DNA of 58,475 nucleotides from Octopus sinensis (taxonomy: Eukaryota): positions 1-58,475 of the forward strand of contig NW_021835380.1 of assembly GCF_006345805.1 (NCBI RefSeq), written 5' to 3'. Under the pieces are notes generated by a model that worked only from the letters and a program-made list of their open reading frames with translations, was not told the origin of the DNA and searched no databases. The translations under genes were made by a program, and so were the position numbers. Positions 24,383 through 36,039 of this stretch are shown here, one piece after another. How positions within the stretch are numbered: the first letter of the stretch is position 1; every line of letters starts with the position of its first letter.

Positions 24383-24383
<1 letters not shown>
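22981..24383 (-). mobile_element. R4/Dong-clade non-LTR retrotransposon, 5'-truncated (RT C-terminus, CCHC knuckle, restriction-like endonuclease)
   Basis: Minus strand: ENISYNG..KEYYSRIKKI..FAVPVLIPTFGLLDWT..DLDRFYIKRKEGDRGL..EGYAFAIREQEISTKY..RLCGVHIEDITHIISSCP..RHD..KHNRPD/ILDREEKLCTVVDISC..EKESTY; several stops and frameshifts. The 3' UTR may extend to ~22817. Confidence 0.9.
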
Positions 24384-24445
<62 letters not shown>

Positions 24446-24989
24446 TGTATGTATGTATGTATGTATGTATGTATGTATGTATGTATGTATGTATGTATGT
24501 ATGCATGTATGTGTTTATGTATGTATGTTTGTATGTATGTATATATGTATGTATGCATTATGTATGTATGTATGTATTTATGTATGTATGCATGTATGTT
24601 TGTATTTATGTTTGTATGTATTTATGGATGGATGGATGTATGCATGCATGTATGTTTATATGTCTGTTTGTATGTACGTATGTATGTATGTTTGTATGTA
24701 TTTATGGAGGTATGTATGTATGTATATATGAATTTATATATATCTGTGTGTATGTATATATGTATGTATGTATGAATATATGCATACACGTACGTACGTA
24801 TATATGTATGTATGTATTTATGTATATATGTATATATGCACGTACGTGTGTACCTATGTATGTACGTACGTACGTATGTATGTATATCTGTATATATGTA
24901 CGTACATACGAGCTACCTGCGTATGTATGTATGCCTGTGCGTCTGTCTATATGTTTATATGTACATACCTATGTATGGATGTATGTATG

Positions 24990-25023
<34 letters not shown>

Positions 25024-25070
25024 TGTATGTATGTATGTATGTATGTATGTATGTATGTATGTATGTATGC
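24384..25070. repeat. (ATGT)n tetranucleotide array, partly degenerate
   Basis: Directly visible; abuts the truncated 5' end of the R4/Dong element. Confidence 0.95.
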
Positions 25071-25683
25071 ACTTATGTTTGTATGTTATATGGCAGTGTC
25101 TATACTGATACGTGTTAGATATATTATTATTATTATTGTTGTTGTTGTCGTTAATGAGGTGTAAACTATAGCAGATTTTATATCAATCCTCTCGATATTA
25201 ATATTACATAACTCTAATCACCTCATTGTTATCTTTGTTGCTGTTGTTGTTGTTGTTGTTGCTAATGCTAACGATGCCAAAAATATATTATTTTCCACCA
25301 ATAGCGAATAAAAGAAGAAAACAACAATCCTCTCACCACCACCACTACCACCACCACCACAACTACTACCACTACTACTACCACCACTACCACTACCACT
25401 ACCACTACCACCGGTTCCTTCTTGTACCAAAACTTATCATAAATATTACTGTTTTTAACCAAAGATATTTTGCGAAAATAGTCCGAAATGTACTGATTGC
25501 CCATTTCGTTGGCACCGCTCTGACTGGTCTCATTAGATCTTTCTTTCCTACGCTGCACCTTATACCCCACCTATCTTTCTTATACATATATGTGTGTGTA
25601 TATATATATATACACGCAAACATATATATATGCACACACAAACATATATATATATACATACATATATACATACATATACACAT

Positions 25684-25714
<31 letters not shown>

Positions 25715-25765
25715 CAAACATACACACTAACATATATATACATATATACGTACATATATACATAT

Positions 25766-25796
<31 letters not shown>

Positions 25797-25959
25797 CAAA
25801 CATACACACTAACATATATATACATATATACGTACATATATACATATACACACACACATATATATACACATATATTTACATACATATATACATATATACA
25901 CATATACATATATACATACATATATACATTGATATACACAAACATATACGCATACTTAT

Positions 25960-26007
<48 letters not shown>

Positions 26008-26158
26008 TCATACATATACATATATATGTATGCATACACATATATGTATATGTATAAATGTATATATTTATAAATATACATACATATATATATATATATA
26101 TACATACTTACATATACATATATATGTATGCATACAGATATACGTATATGTACAAATG

Positions 26159-26191
<33 letters not shown>

Positions 26192-26311
26192 ATGTGTGTG
26201 TGTGTGTGTGTGTGTGTTTGTGTGTGTGTATGTGTGTGTATATATATGTGTGCGCGTGTGTGTGCATGTATGTACGTATGTATGTATACATATTATACAC
26301 ACACACACACA

Positions 26312-26345
<34 letters not shown>

Positions 26346-26587
26346 GAAGGATGGATGGATGGATGGATGGATATATTTATGTCTTGATAATCTTGTCTCG
26401 ACACTCATTAGTTCCTAATGTAATTTCGACATCATTATCTTTCTTTCTCTCTCCAAACCATCTCACAAGACCAGGTTAATTTCTAATAATTCTTCTACCA
26501 TCTTTATATCTGTCTAAACGCATCCTTTTTTTTCCCTGTTTCTTTTTCTTTTCTTCTTTCTTTCTTCTTGCCTCTTGTCATATTTGG

Positions 26588-26592
26588 AGAGC

Positions 26593-26631
<39 letters not shown>

Positions 26632-26852
26632 AAAGAGAGAGAAGAGAGAGAGAGAAAGAGAGAGGGAGAGAGAGAAAAAGGAGAGAAAGAAGAGAGAGAA
26701 AAAGAGAGAGAAGAGAGAGAGAAGAGAGAGAGAAAAAGAGAGAAGAGAGAGAGAGAAAGAGAGAGGGAGAGAGAGAAAAAGAGAGAGAAAGAGAGAGAGA
26801 GAAAGAGAGAGGGAGAGAGAGAAAAAGAGAGAGAAAGAGAGAGAGAGAAAAA

Positions 26853-26884
<32 letters not shown>

Positions 26885-26956
26885 AAAAGAGAAAGAGAGA
26901 GAGAGAAAGAGAGAGGGAGAGAGAGAAAAAGAGAGAGAAAGAGAGAGAGAGAAAAA

Positions 26957-26988
<32 letters not shown>

Positions 26989-27520
26989 AAAAGAGAGAGA
27001 GAGAAAGAGAGAGAGAGAAAGAAAGAGAGAATGAGAGAGAAAGGGTGGTGGTGCAGGAGGAAGAGAAGGAAGAGAAGGAAAAGGAGGAGGAGGAAAAGGA
27101 AGAGGCAATAAAGACGAAGGTGATGATGATGATGATGATGATGATAATGATGATGACGATGGTGGTGATGGTGGTGGTGGCGGTTTCGGTGATAAACATA
27201 CAGAAGTGATGAGGAGGAGGAAGAGGAGGATTTAGAAGAAGGATATGGTGGTAATCATGATAGCAATGACGACGATGATGATAATAATGAAGACGATGAT
27301 GGTGATGACGATGACGACAACGAGGAGGAGGAGGAGGAAGAAAACTGAAAGAAAGGAAGAAAGGGATGAGTGAAGAAAAGGAAGGAAGGTCGGAGGAAGA
27401 ATGAAAGAAAGAGAGAAAGAAAGAAAAAGAAAGAAGGAAGGAAGGAAGAGGGAAAGAAAGAAGGATGGAAGGAAGGAAGGAAGGAAGGAAGGAAGAGAGA
27501 AGGAAGGAAGGAAGGCAAAG
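26588..27520. repeat. Polypurine block: (GA)n/GAAA array, (GAT)n/(GGT)n and (GGAA)n
   Basis: About 450 bp of almost pure purine at 26595-27040, followed by trinucleotide and GGAA tracts. Confidence 0.95.
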
Positions 27521-27639
27521 TAGCCGGTTCACTTAAGTTAAACGTAGGGTATAAATAATGGCCGACAATACAACGTAAAGCCTGTTGCAAGGGGAATATC
27601 GTTTCGATAATAACGTCTCACATAAACAGACACCTATAA

Positions 27640-28612
27640 ATTTTGGGTGTGGAGCGGGTGGGGGGAAGGATATTGCAATGGGTTATATCGACCTCGTACT
27701 TCATTGGTACTTTATTTCATCAACCCTGAAAGGACGAAGTGCAAAGTCGACCTCGGTGGGATTTTGAACTTGAAGCGTAAAGAGCCAACTAAATTCATGT
27801 TCCATAGTATATTCTTTTCTACTTCAACCACAAGGCCTGAAATTTTGGAAGAGGGAACCAGTCGATAAGATCGACCCCAGTACGCAACTGGTACTTAATT
27901 TATTGACACCCGAAAGGATGAAAGGCAAAGTCAACCTCAGCGGAATTTGAACTCAGAACGTAACGGAAGACGAAATATCGCTAAGCATTTCGTCTGGCGT
28001 ACTAACGTTTCTGCCAGCTCACCGCATTAATCTTTTCTGCGCTAGGCACAAAGTCCGAAATTTTGGGGTAGAGACCAGTCGATTAGATCGACCCCAGTGC
28101 GTAACTGGTACTTAATTTATTGACACCCGAAAGGATGAAAGGCAAAGTCGACCTCAGCAGAATTTGAACTCAGAACGTAGCAGCAGACGAAATACCTGTT
28201 TCTTTACTACCCACAAGAGGCTAAACACAGAGAGGACAAACTAGGACAGACAAACGGATTAAGTCAATTACATCGATCCCAGTGCGTAACTGGTACTTAT
28301 TTTATCGACCCCGAAAGGATGAAAGGCAAAGTCGATCTCAGCGAAATTTGAACTCAGAACGTAACGGCAGACGAAATACCTATTTCTTTATTACCCACAA
28401 GGGGCTAAACACAGAGGGGACAAACAAGGACAGACATAGGTATTAAGTCGATTACATCGACCCCAGTGCGTAACTGGTACTTAATTTATCGATCCCGAAA
28501 GGATGAAAGGCAAAGTCGACCTCGACGGAATTTGAACTCACAACGTAACGCAGACGAAATACCGTTAAGCATTTCGCCCGACGTGCTATCGATTCTGGCT
28601 GCTCGTCGCCTT
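27640..28612 (-). mobile_element. Head-to-tail cluster of five SINE-A units (mixed tail variants)
   Basis: The core CCCGAAAGGATGAAAGGCAAAGTCGACCTC recurs at ~27725, 27909, 28126, 28310 and 28494. Confidence 0.9.
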
Positions 28613-29061
28613 ATACTCTTTTGTGTATTGTCCGTAACTCTACGGATTCTAACAATTGACTGCCCACCTTTCCCTGTTTTTTTTGTTTTGTTTTTTTTCC
28701 TTTAGGTATAAATTTCATCATCTTCTGATAAATATGTTCTTATTGATTCTTACCATAGCCTTCACTCGCGAGCGAAAAATAATTTCGCTAGGAGCCTAGG
28801 TTGTTGCAAACTATATCCCATTGTGCGATAAAAGTGGGATGCACAATCTAGCTGTAAATAAAATTCTTCAACATCCCACTTAATCTTTGGCTTGACAGAT
28901 TATCACTTCCAGTTCAAATAAATGGGAGCAGTTATAGTGCTGTCAGAAACGAAAGGTCTAATTAATCCTTCCATAATTTACTTATATATTTACGCACCAT
29001 ACAGTCTCAAAGGAAAAATTATTAAAATTAATCACTACTAATTATGCCCCGCTTTAGACAT

Positions 29062-29481
29062 TACTCTTTTACTCTTTTACTTGTTTCAGTCATTTGACTG
29101 CGGCCATGCTGGAGCACCGCCTTTAGTCGAGCAACTCGACCCCGGGACTTATTCTTTTTGTAAGCCCAGTACTTATTCTATCGGTCTCTTTTTGCCGAAC
29201 CGCTAAGTGACGGGGACGTAAACACACCGGCATCGGTTGTCAAGCAATGCTAGGGGAACAAACACAGACACACAAACACACACACATACATACATACATA
29301 TACACATATACATATATACGACAGGCTTCTTTCAGTTTCCGTCTACCAAATCCACTCACAAGGCATTGGTCGGCCCGGGGCTATAGCAGAAGACACTTGA
29401 CCAAGATGCCACGCAGTGGGACTGAACCCGGAACCATGTGGTTGGTTAGCAAGCTACTTACCAGACAGCCACTCCTGCGCC
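29062..29481 (-). mobile_element. SINE family B, full length
   Basis: Complete from head GGCGCAGGAGTGGCTG to tail GAAACAAGTAAAAGAGTAAAAGAGT. Confidence 0.93.
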
Positions 29482-29928
29482 TATTATTTTTGAAAATTAA
29501 ACATAAGTGTGAGAAAAAATTTACTCCGTAATCCATCAGAGAAAAGAATATTAACTGTAAAAGACTAAAAATCATCTAGATATTTTATTAGCATAGCTTA
29601 ACTCCAGAGAATATGATATTCCTCCGTAATTTGCAGATTCTCAGGTGCCCAGAAGATGCATTTGTAACGAGTAATAGGGCTATTTAATTTCAATTGATCA
29701 CTCCACTCTTTCTTGTGGGACCAGTTATAGTGCTGTCAAAAAGGAATGGTCCCATTAATCCTTTTGGTGAGAAACCACATCATACTTTAACTCCAGAGAC
29801 TATGATATTCCTCCATAATATACGAATTCTCAGGTTCCCAGTAGATACAATTGTGACTAGTAATAGAGCCATTTAATTAAAATTCATCACTCCAAAGAAT
29901 CTTTGATAGAGAGTGTGCATCATCTACC

Positions 29929-30347
29929 TATTTCTTTACTACCCACAAGGGGCTAAACACAGAAAGAACAGACAAGGACAGACAAACGGATTAAGTCGAT
30001 TACCTCGACCCCAGTGCGTAACTGTTACTTATTTAATCGACGCCGAAAGGATGAAAGGCAAAGTCGACCTCAGCGGAATTTGAACTCAGAACGTAGCGGC
30101 AGACGAAATACCTATTTCTTTACTACCCACAAGGGGCTAAACACAGAGAGGACAAACAAGGACAGACAAACGGATTAAGTCGATTATATCGCCCCCAGTG
30201 CGTAACTGGTACTTATTTAATCGACCCCGAAAGGATGAAAGGTAAAGTCGACCTCAGCGGAATTTGAACTCAGAACGTAACGGCAGACGAAATACGGCTA
30301 GGCATTTCGCCCGGCGTGCTAACGTTTCTGCCAGCTCGCCGCTTTTA
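29929..30347 (-). mobile_element. SINE-A dimer with a single TSD
   Basis: One full unit plus one ~183 bp headless unit; TSD TGCATCATCTACC at 29916 and 30348. Confidence 0.93.
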
Positions 30348-30642
30348 TGCATCATCTACCACTCACAACACTCCTCTCATCCGTCCGGATCAACTTTCCA
30401 AAATGCGATGAACACTCAATTTTGAAATTCCTACCCCACATCTCGATTGGCTCAGAGATTTACTTCTGCTGTGGCAATACGTTTCTAGTACTCATTTGTA
30501 CTTAGTGAGGCTCGTCGACGACTACATTCTTGGAGAACGTCTCTTTCGCACATTCTGGACAGCTCCAGCTGCCTCAAACTTATCTTTAATTCGTTTTGAT
30601 GGTAAGTCGCGTAGGTGGTTGTCAGTGAAAGTCCCGCCTTAA

Positions 30643-31235
30643 GGCGGCGAGCTGGCAGAAACGTTAGCGCGCCGGGCGAAATGCGTAGCCGTATTTCGTC
30701 TGCCGCTACGTTCTGAGTTCAAATTCCGCCGAGGTTGACTTTCCCTTTCATCTTTTCGGGGTCGATTAAATAAGTACCAGTTACGCACTGAAGTCGATAT
30801 AATCGACTTAATCCGTTTATCTCTCCTTGTTTGTCCCCTCTGTGTTTAGCCTCTTGTGGGCAGTAAAGAAATAGGTATTTTGTCTGCCGTTACGTTCTGA
30901 GTTCAAATTCCGCCGAGGTCGACTTTCCCCTTTCATCCTTTCGGGGTTGATAAATTAAGTACCAGTTACGCACTGGGGTCGCTATAATCCGTTTATCTGT
31001 CCTTGTTTGTCCTCTCTGTGTTTAGCCCCTTGTGGGTAGTAAAGAAATAGGTTTTTCGTTTGCCGCTACGTTCTGAGTTCAAATTCCGCCGAGGTCGACT
31101 TTGCCTTTCATCCTTTCGGCGTCGATTAAATAAGTACCAGTTACGCACTGGTGTCGATCTAATCGACTTAATCTGTTTATCTGTTCCTTATTTGGCCTCT
31201 TTGTGTTTAGCTCCTTGTGGGTAGTAAAAAAAATA
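30643..31235 (+). mobile_element. SINE-A trimer with a single TSD
   Basis: One full unit plus two headless units; TSD GAAAGTCC(C/T)GC(C)TTAA at 30627 and 31236. Confidence 0.93.
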
Positions 31236-31637
31236 GAAAGTCCTGCTTAAATTGTCTTAGAACATCGACGGGGTTTTCAAATTTTCGACTGCACTTTACG
31301 ATGAATTTCTTTTGCCCGAGGTCAGTCTAGCTCCCTTTATTATTTCTGACAGATTAAATCCGAAACGAAATAGAAAATTGCGTTATCAGCTGTTAAAACC
31401 ATTTGAAATTATTACACTGCAAGTACTGCATCCAACTTTTGAACTGTTGCGCCATTTTTGGAAGTAAAAATTGGTCAACATTGTTGTTGTTGTTGTTGTT
31501 TTGTTGTTGTTGTTGTTGTTGTTTGGTGGTGTTGTTGTTCTTGTTCTTGTTGAGAGGGCTTGAAATGCAGTCAGGTGAAAGGTACTTTTTTCCAAGAAAT
31601 TTTGCCTCAACATTGACTATATTGCAATGAAATAAAT

Positions 31638-32022
31638 AAGCTTGCTTCCCAACCACATGGTTCCGGGTTCAGTCCCACTGTGCAGTACCTTGGCAAATTG
31701 TCTTCTACTATAGCCTCGGGCTGACCAAAGTTTTGTAAGTGGATTTGGTAGACGGAAACTGAAAGAAGCACGTCGTAAATGTATATATCTGCATACTTGT
31801 GTGCGCGTGTGTGTGTATTTGTGTCTGTGTTTGTCCCCCACCCCCACTATCATTTGACAACTGATGTTAGTGTTCTTACATGCCCGTAACTAGCAGTTCG
31901 AAAAATGCGACCGATAGAATAAGTACTAAGCTTACAAAGAATAAGTCCTTGGGTCACTTTGCCCGACTAAAGGCAGTGCTTCAGCATGGCCGCAGTCAAA
32001 TGACTGAAACAAGTAAAGAGAT
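31638..32022 (+). mobile_element. SINE family B, slightly 5'-truncated
   Basis: Family-B body and tail CAGCATGGCCGCAGTCAAATGACTGAAACAAGTAAA. Confidence 0.9.
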
Positions 32023-32363
32023 AAAAAAATATAAAAATACCTAACAAAATATCTGGATAATTTTTAGTCCTTTCCAATTAATATTTCTTTTCTCTGATGG
32101 ATTCCAAGTCAGTTTTTTTTCTCACACTAATGTCTAATTTGATAAACTTTCTATTTTCAAGAATAACGTCTAAAGCGGGGCAAAATGAGTAATAGTTAAT
32201 TTCACTAATTTGCATACTGTATCAAAAGACAAAGACAGGTGTTTGAACAACAAAGCAAGTGTATTAGTTTGACGCTCGGAAAAATCAAAAAGTCTTTTAC
32301 GTTTCGAGCCGATGCTCTCTCCCTCACGTACATACAGACAGACAAAGAGGCGTACAGGTAAAT

Positions 32364-32457
32364 AGATAGCTAGATAGATAGATGGATAGATAGATAGATA
32401 GATAGATAGATGGACAGATAGATAGATAGATAGATAGATAGATGAGTAGTAGTAGTA

Positions 32458-32493
<36 letters not shown>

Positions 32494-32652
32494 CAGCAAC
32501 AGCAGTGAAGGATGATGGGGTAGAAGAAGAAGAAGAAGAAGAAGAAGAAGAAGATGAAGAAGAAGATGAAGAAGAAAAAGATGAAGATGATGATGATGAA
32601 GAAGAAGAAGAAGAAGAAGAAGAAGAAGAAGAAGAAGAAAAGAAGAAGAAGA
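32364..32652. repeat. (GATA)n, (AGT)n and (GAA)n compound microsatellite
   Basis: Directly visible. Confidence 0.95.
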
Positions 32653-32992
32653 AAGCGGCAAGGGGTTGGGCGTGTTGGTGACGGCGGTGAAGGTGGGGGG
32701 AGGGGTGCGTAAGGCTGTTAAACGAGAGAGAGAGATATAGACCTAAGTGTGTAAAGTAATTACAAGGAGAGAATCTTAAGACAAAAATACCAAAAATTTA
32801 TAAAACAAAAGCAAAAAAACCCCGAAAAACGGTGATATATTATGGTGGAAGGATATTCCCAGCAGATGGCATGCATTGTGTTTCTGCTTTCATTTCATAT
32901 TTCCTGCCATAATACAACAGTCTTCTCGCTCTTCGTACAGGCAGCCATTTTTATTTTTCTTCCATTTTTATGATCTTAATGTTGTTGGTGTT

Positions 32993-33360
32993 TGTTTGTT
33001 TGTTTGTTGAGCGAAGCGGTCTTCGTCCCAGAGTGTAGTGGGAGAAGTCCGAAACGTGGTCCTTTTGCTATACGTAAGACCCGCAGAAGAGAACGCAGGT
33101 CAACCCCCGACACCGAGAGCATCGACGGATGGATGAATGCGCATCAAGGCTCAGCGGTTGCGTAGGAAGTCGGGACAAGAAACAAGAAGAAAGTTGGAGC
33201 GAAAGAGTACACCAGGTGTCGCCACCACCCCCTGCCGGAGCCACGTGGAGCTTTAGGTGTTTTCGCTCAATGAACACACACAACGCCCGATCTGGGAATC
33301 GAAACCACGATCCTCTGACCGCGAGTCCGCTGCCCTAACCACTGGGCCATTGCGCCTCCT
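32993..33360 (-). mobile_element. SINE family C (tRNA-Arg-like head) with an alternative tail and TSD
   Basis: Head GGAGGCGCAATGGCCCAGTGG..GGACTCGCGGTC..GGTTTCGATTCC; (AAAC)n tail; TSD TGTTGTTGGTGTT at 32980 and 33361. Confidence 0.88.
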
Positions 33361-33553
33361 TGTTGTTGGTGTTGGTGTTGTCGATGTTGTTGTTGTTTAG
33401 CCCCGGGTCGTAACAGATCCAATAGATTTATGATCAAAGCCATTCAAGTTATTCGAGCCATGATCCTCGTCCTATGCATTTTTTTTCTAATTATACTTTA
33501 CTAATTGCGCTTTTACTACTAATTATATTTTCCATTGTATGTATGTGTCTGTA

Positions 33554-34388
33554 TACTCTTACTCTTTTACTCTTTTACTTGTTTCAATCATTTGACTGTG
33601 ACCATGCTGGAGCACCGCCTTTTAGTCGAGCAAATTGACCTCATGACTCATTTTTTGTAAGACTTGTACTTATTCTATCGGTCTCTTTTGCCGAAACGCT
33701 AAGTTACGGGGACGTAAACACACCACAATCGGTTGTCAAGCGATGTTGACGGGGACAGACACAGACACACAAACATATACACACACACATACATACATAC
33801 ATACATACATACATACATACATACATACATACATACATACATACACACACACATTCACATATATATATATACCCTCGCAACGCGGAGTAGATGAAACAGG
33901 GACAACTGAAGAAAGGGAATATTTCTTGTGTTGTATGTCTTGTTTGTTTTTTTCGTTGTTTGAAAAAAGTTCGTTTGTACGTTTTTGCTTTTATGTTTTC
34001 GTTTCTCATTGTCTTCCACGTTTTTTTATGTCCTGTACCTATATATGCATGTAATATATACATATATATGTAGGTATGTACATATGTGTATGTATATATG
34101 CATATATTTGTATATTATTTATGTTATTACACACATACACACATACACACATACATACATTCATGCATGCATACATACATACATACATACATACATACAT
34201 ACATACATACATACATACATACATACATGCATGCATGCATGCATGCAAATATGCGACTGGCTTCCTCCAGTTTCCAACTACGAAATCCACTCACAAGTCT
34301 TCGGTCGGCCCGAGGCTATAGTAGAAGACACTTGCCCAAGGTGCCACATAATGGTACTGAACTTGGAACCATATGGTTGGGAAGCAAC
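33554..34388 (-). mobile_element. SINE family B whose internal microsatellite is expanded and interrupted by a ~180 bp insertion (33872-34050)
   Basis: 3' half at 33554-33775 and 5' half at 34253-34388 are collinear. Confidence 0.8.
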
Positions 34389-34393
34389 CTTCG

Positions 34394-34624
34394 TATTTCA
34401 TTATTGCCCACAAGGGCCTAAATATCGAAGGGGCAAACAAGGATAGACAAACGGATTAAGTCGATTATATCGACCACAGTGCGTAACTGGTACTTATTTA
34501 ATCGACCCCGAAAGGATGAAAGGCAAAGTCAACCTCGGCGGAATTTGAACTCAGAACGTAACGGCGGACGGAATACCACTAAGCATTTCGCCCGGCGTGC
34601 TAACGTTTCTGCCAGCTCGCCGCT
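34394..34624 (-). mobile_element. SINE family A, full length
   Basis: Family-A head, core and tail. Confidence 0.92.
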
Positions 34625-35444
34625 TTCTTATCACACAACTTGCGTCTGCTAGTCTTCTAAAATATCTTGGCCCAAGCCTAAACATTTATGGAGATGTATG
34701 GTCAGCGTTGACTGATGAAGTTCCTTAGATTGTGTTTCACTGATAGTTTTGTTTTATCGACTCTGAGACGAGATTTGAACTCTCAATGTTATGAGTCGCA
34801 AACAAAACCAATAAACCCTTTTCTAGGCGCGGGCGTGGCTATGTGAGAAGAAATTCGCTTCCCAAGCGCATGGTTCCAGGTTGGGTTCCACTGGATAACA
34901 CCTTGGGCAGGTATCTTCTACTGATAAAAGGGCTGATCAAAGTCGTGTGCGTGTGTGTGTGATGTGTGTGTCTGTGTGATGTGTGTGATGTGTGTGATGT
35001 GTGTTCGTGTGTGTGTAAATGTCCGTGCGTATGTGTATGTGTTCGTGCGTGTGTGTGTACTTGTGCATGTGTGCGTGTTCGTGCGTGTGTATGTGTTTCT
35101 GCACAGTTTGTCTACAGTTCATCAATTTGGCCAAAAGGCTTTGGTCAGCCTTAGTCTATAGAAGAAGACACTTGCCTAAGATGCTGTGCAGTGAATTGAA
35201 CTCGAAACCGATTGGCTGCCAAGCGAGGTCATAGCTGCGCCCATATAAAAAGAAAATCAAGAATATGTGAAAAATATTAATAAAGCAGTGTATGAGAAGG
35301 GAAAGTGTAATATTCGTTAATTTGTAATAACTTCTAAATCATAGTTCAATAGTCACAAGTAGATGCATATCCTTAAATATGATGAACGAGACCTGTTTGA
35401 GTGTGTGAAACGTGCGTAAGACGGGTTTAATTATTTGAATTAGA

Positions 35445-35617
35445 AGGCGATGAGCTGACGGAATCCTTAGAGTATTGGGAAAATCTGTTACGACATTTTT
35501 TCCGGTTCTTAACGTTCTGATTTCAAGTTTCGCAAAGGTTTCACTTTGCCTTTTATCCTTTCGGGGTCGATAAAATAAAAGTATTATTCGAGTACTGCCG
35601 TTGATGTAATCGACATA
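35445..35617 (+). mobile_element. SINE family A, diverged and 3'-truncated
   Basis: GGCGATGAGCTGACGGAATC head; CTTTGCCTTTTATCCTTTCGGGGTCGATAAAAT core. Confidence 0.8.
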
Positions 35618-35634
35618 ACGATGAATAAGACAAG

Positions 35635-35807
35635 GTCACGGGGTATAGCGGTTTGATGTCGGTATTTCAGCGACAACAGTTAGTTGGAAAATACCGCATG
35701 GCAAACAGGAAGAAATCGACCGCGTGGTGGACAAGAAATTGCATTTCTTGTTCACCAATCAAGTGTCATCGCTGAAATACCGACATCAAAGCGCTATACC
35801 CCGTGAC
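35635..35807. mobile_element. Small fold-back/MITE-like element with ~50 bp inverted ends and an internal hairpin
   Basis: GTCACGGGGTATAGCGGTTTGATGTCGGTATTTCAGCGA pairs with TCGCTGAAATACCGACATCAAAGCGCTATACCCCGTGAC; inner hairpin TGGTGGACAAGAAAT/ATTTCTTGTTCACCA. Confidence 0.8.
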
Positions 35808-35996
35808 TTTTCTCGACCAATTGCAGGGTAACGTTGAGTAATAAACATGAACTTTCTTCAATTGAACTTTCAATCAGACCCCAATGTCCGAAGACTAGCC
35901 ACACGCTTGATACTCAGAGTACCAAGGAGTCTGAATCAAACTGGTTTGATCTAATATATGTATGTGTGTGTGTGTGTGTGTGTTTATTTATTTACT

Positions 35997-36034
<38 letters not shown>

Positions 36035-36039
<5 letters not shown>

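Larger units (their letters stand above)
28720..31345 (-). pseudogene. Tc1/mariner transposase remnant (DUF4817-like N-terminus) interrupted by three SINE insertions and an internal duplication
   Basis: With SINEs removed the minus strand reads KKFIVKCSRKFENPVDVLRQFKQDF/QPPTRLTIKRIKDKFEAAGAVQNV..GISKLSVHRIL..WSDE..LNGSITSHNCIYW..V*CGFSPKGLMGPFLFDSTITG..FYLQLDCASHFY. Confidence 0.85.

Noticed and set aside
26504-27590. ER/EK-rich and LS/F-rich ORFs resembling coiled-coil or membrane proteins
   Set aside because: Produced by the (GA)n/(GGAA)n tract and open in several frames on both strands.
32442-32681. Acidic poly-E/D ORF
   Set aside because: It is an (AGT)n plus (GAA)n/(GAT)n microsatellite with no flanking coding context.
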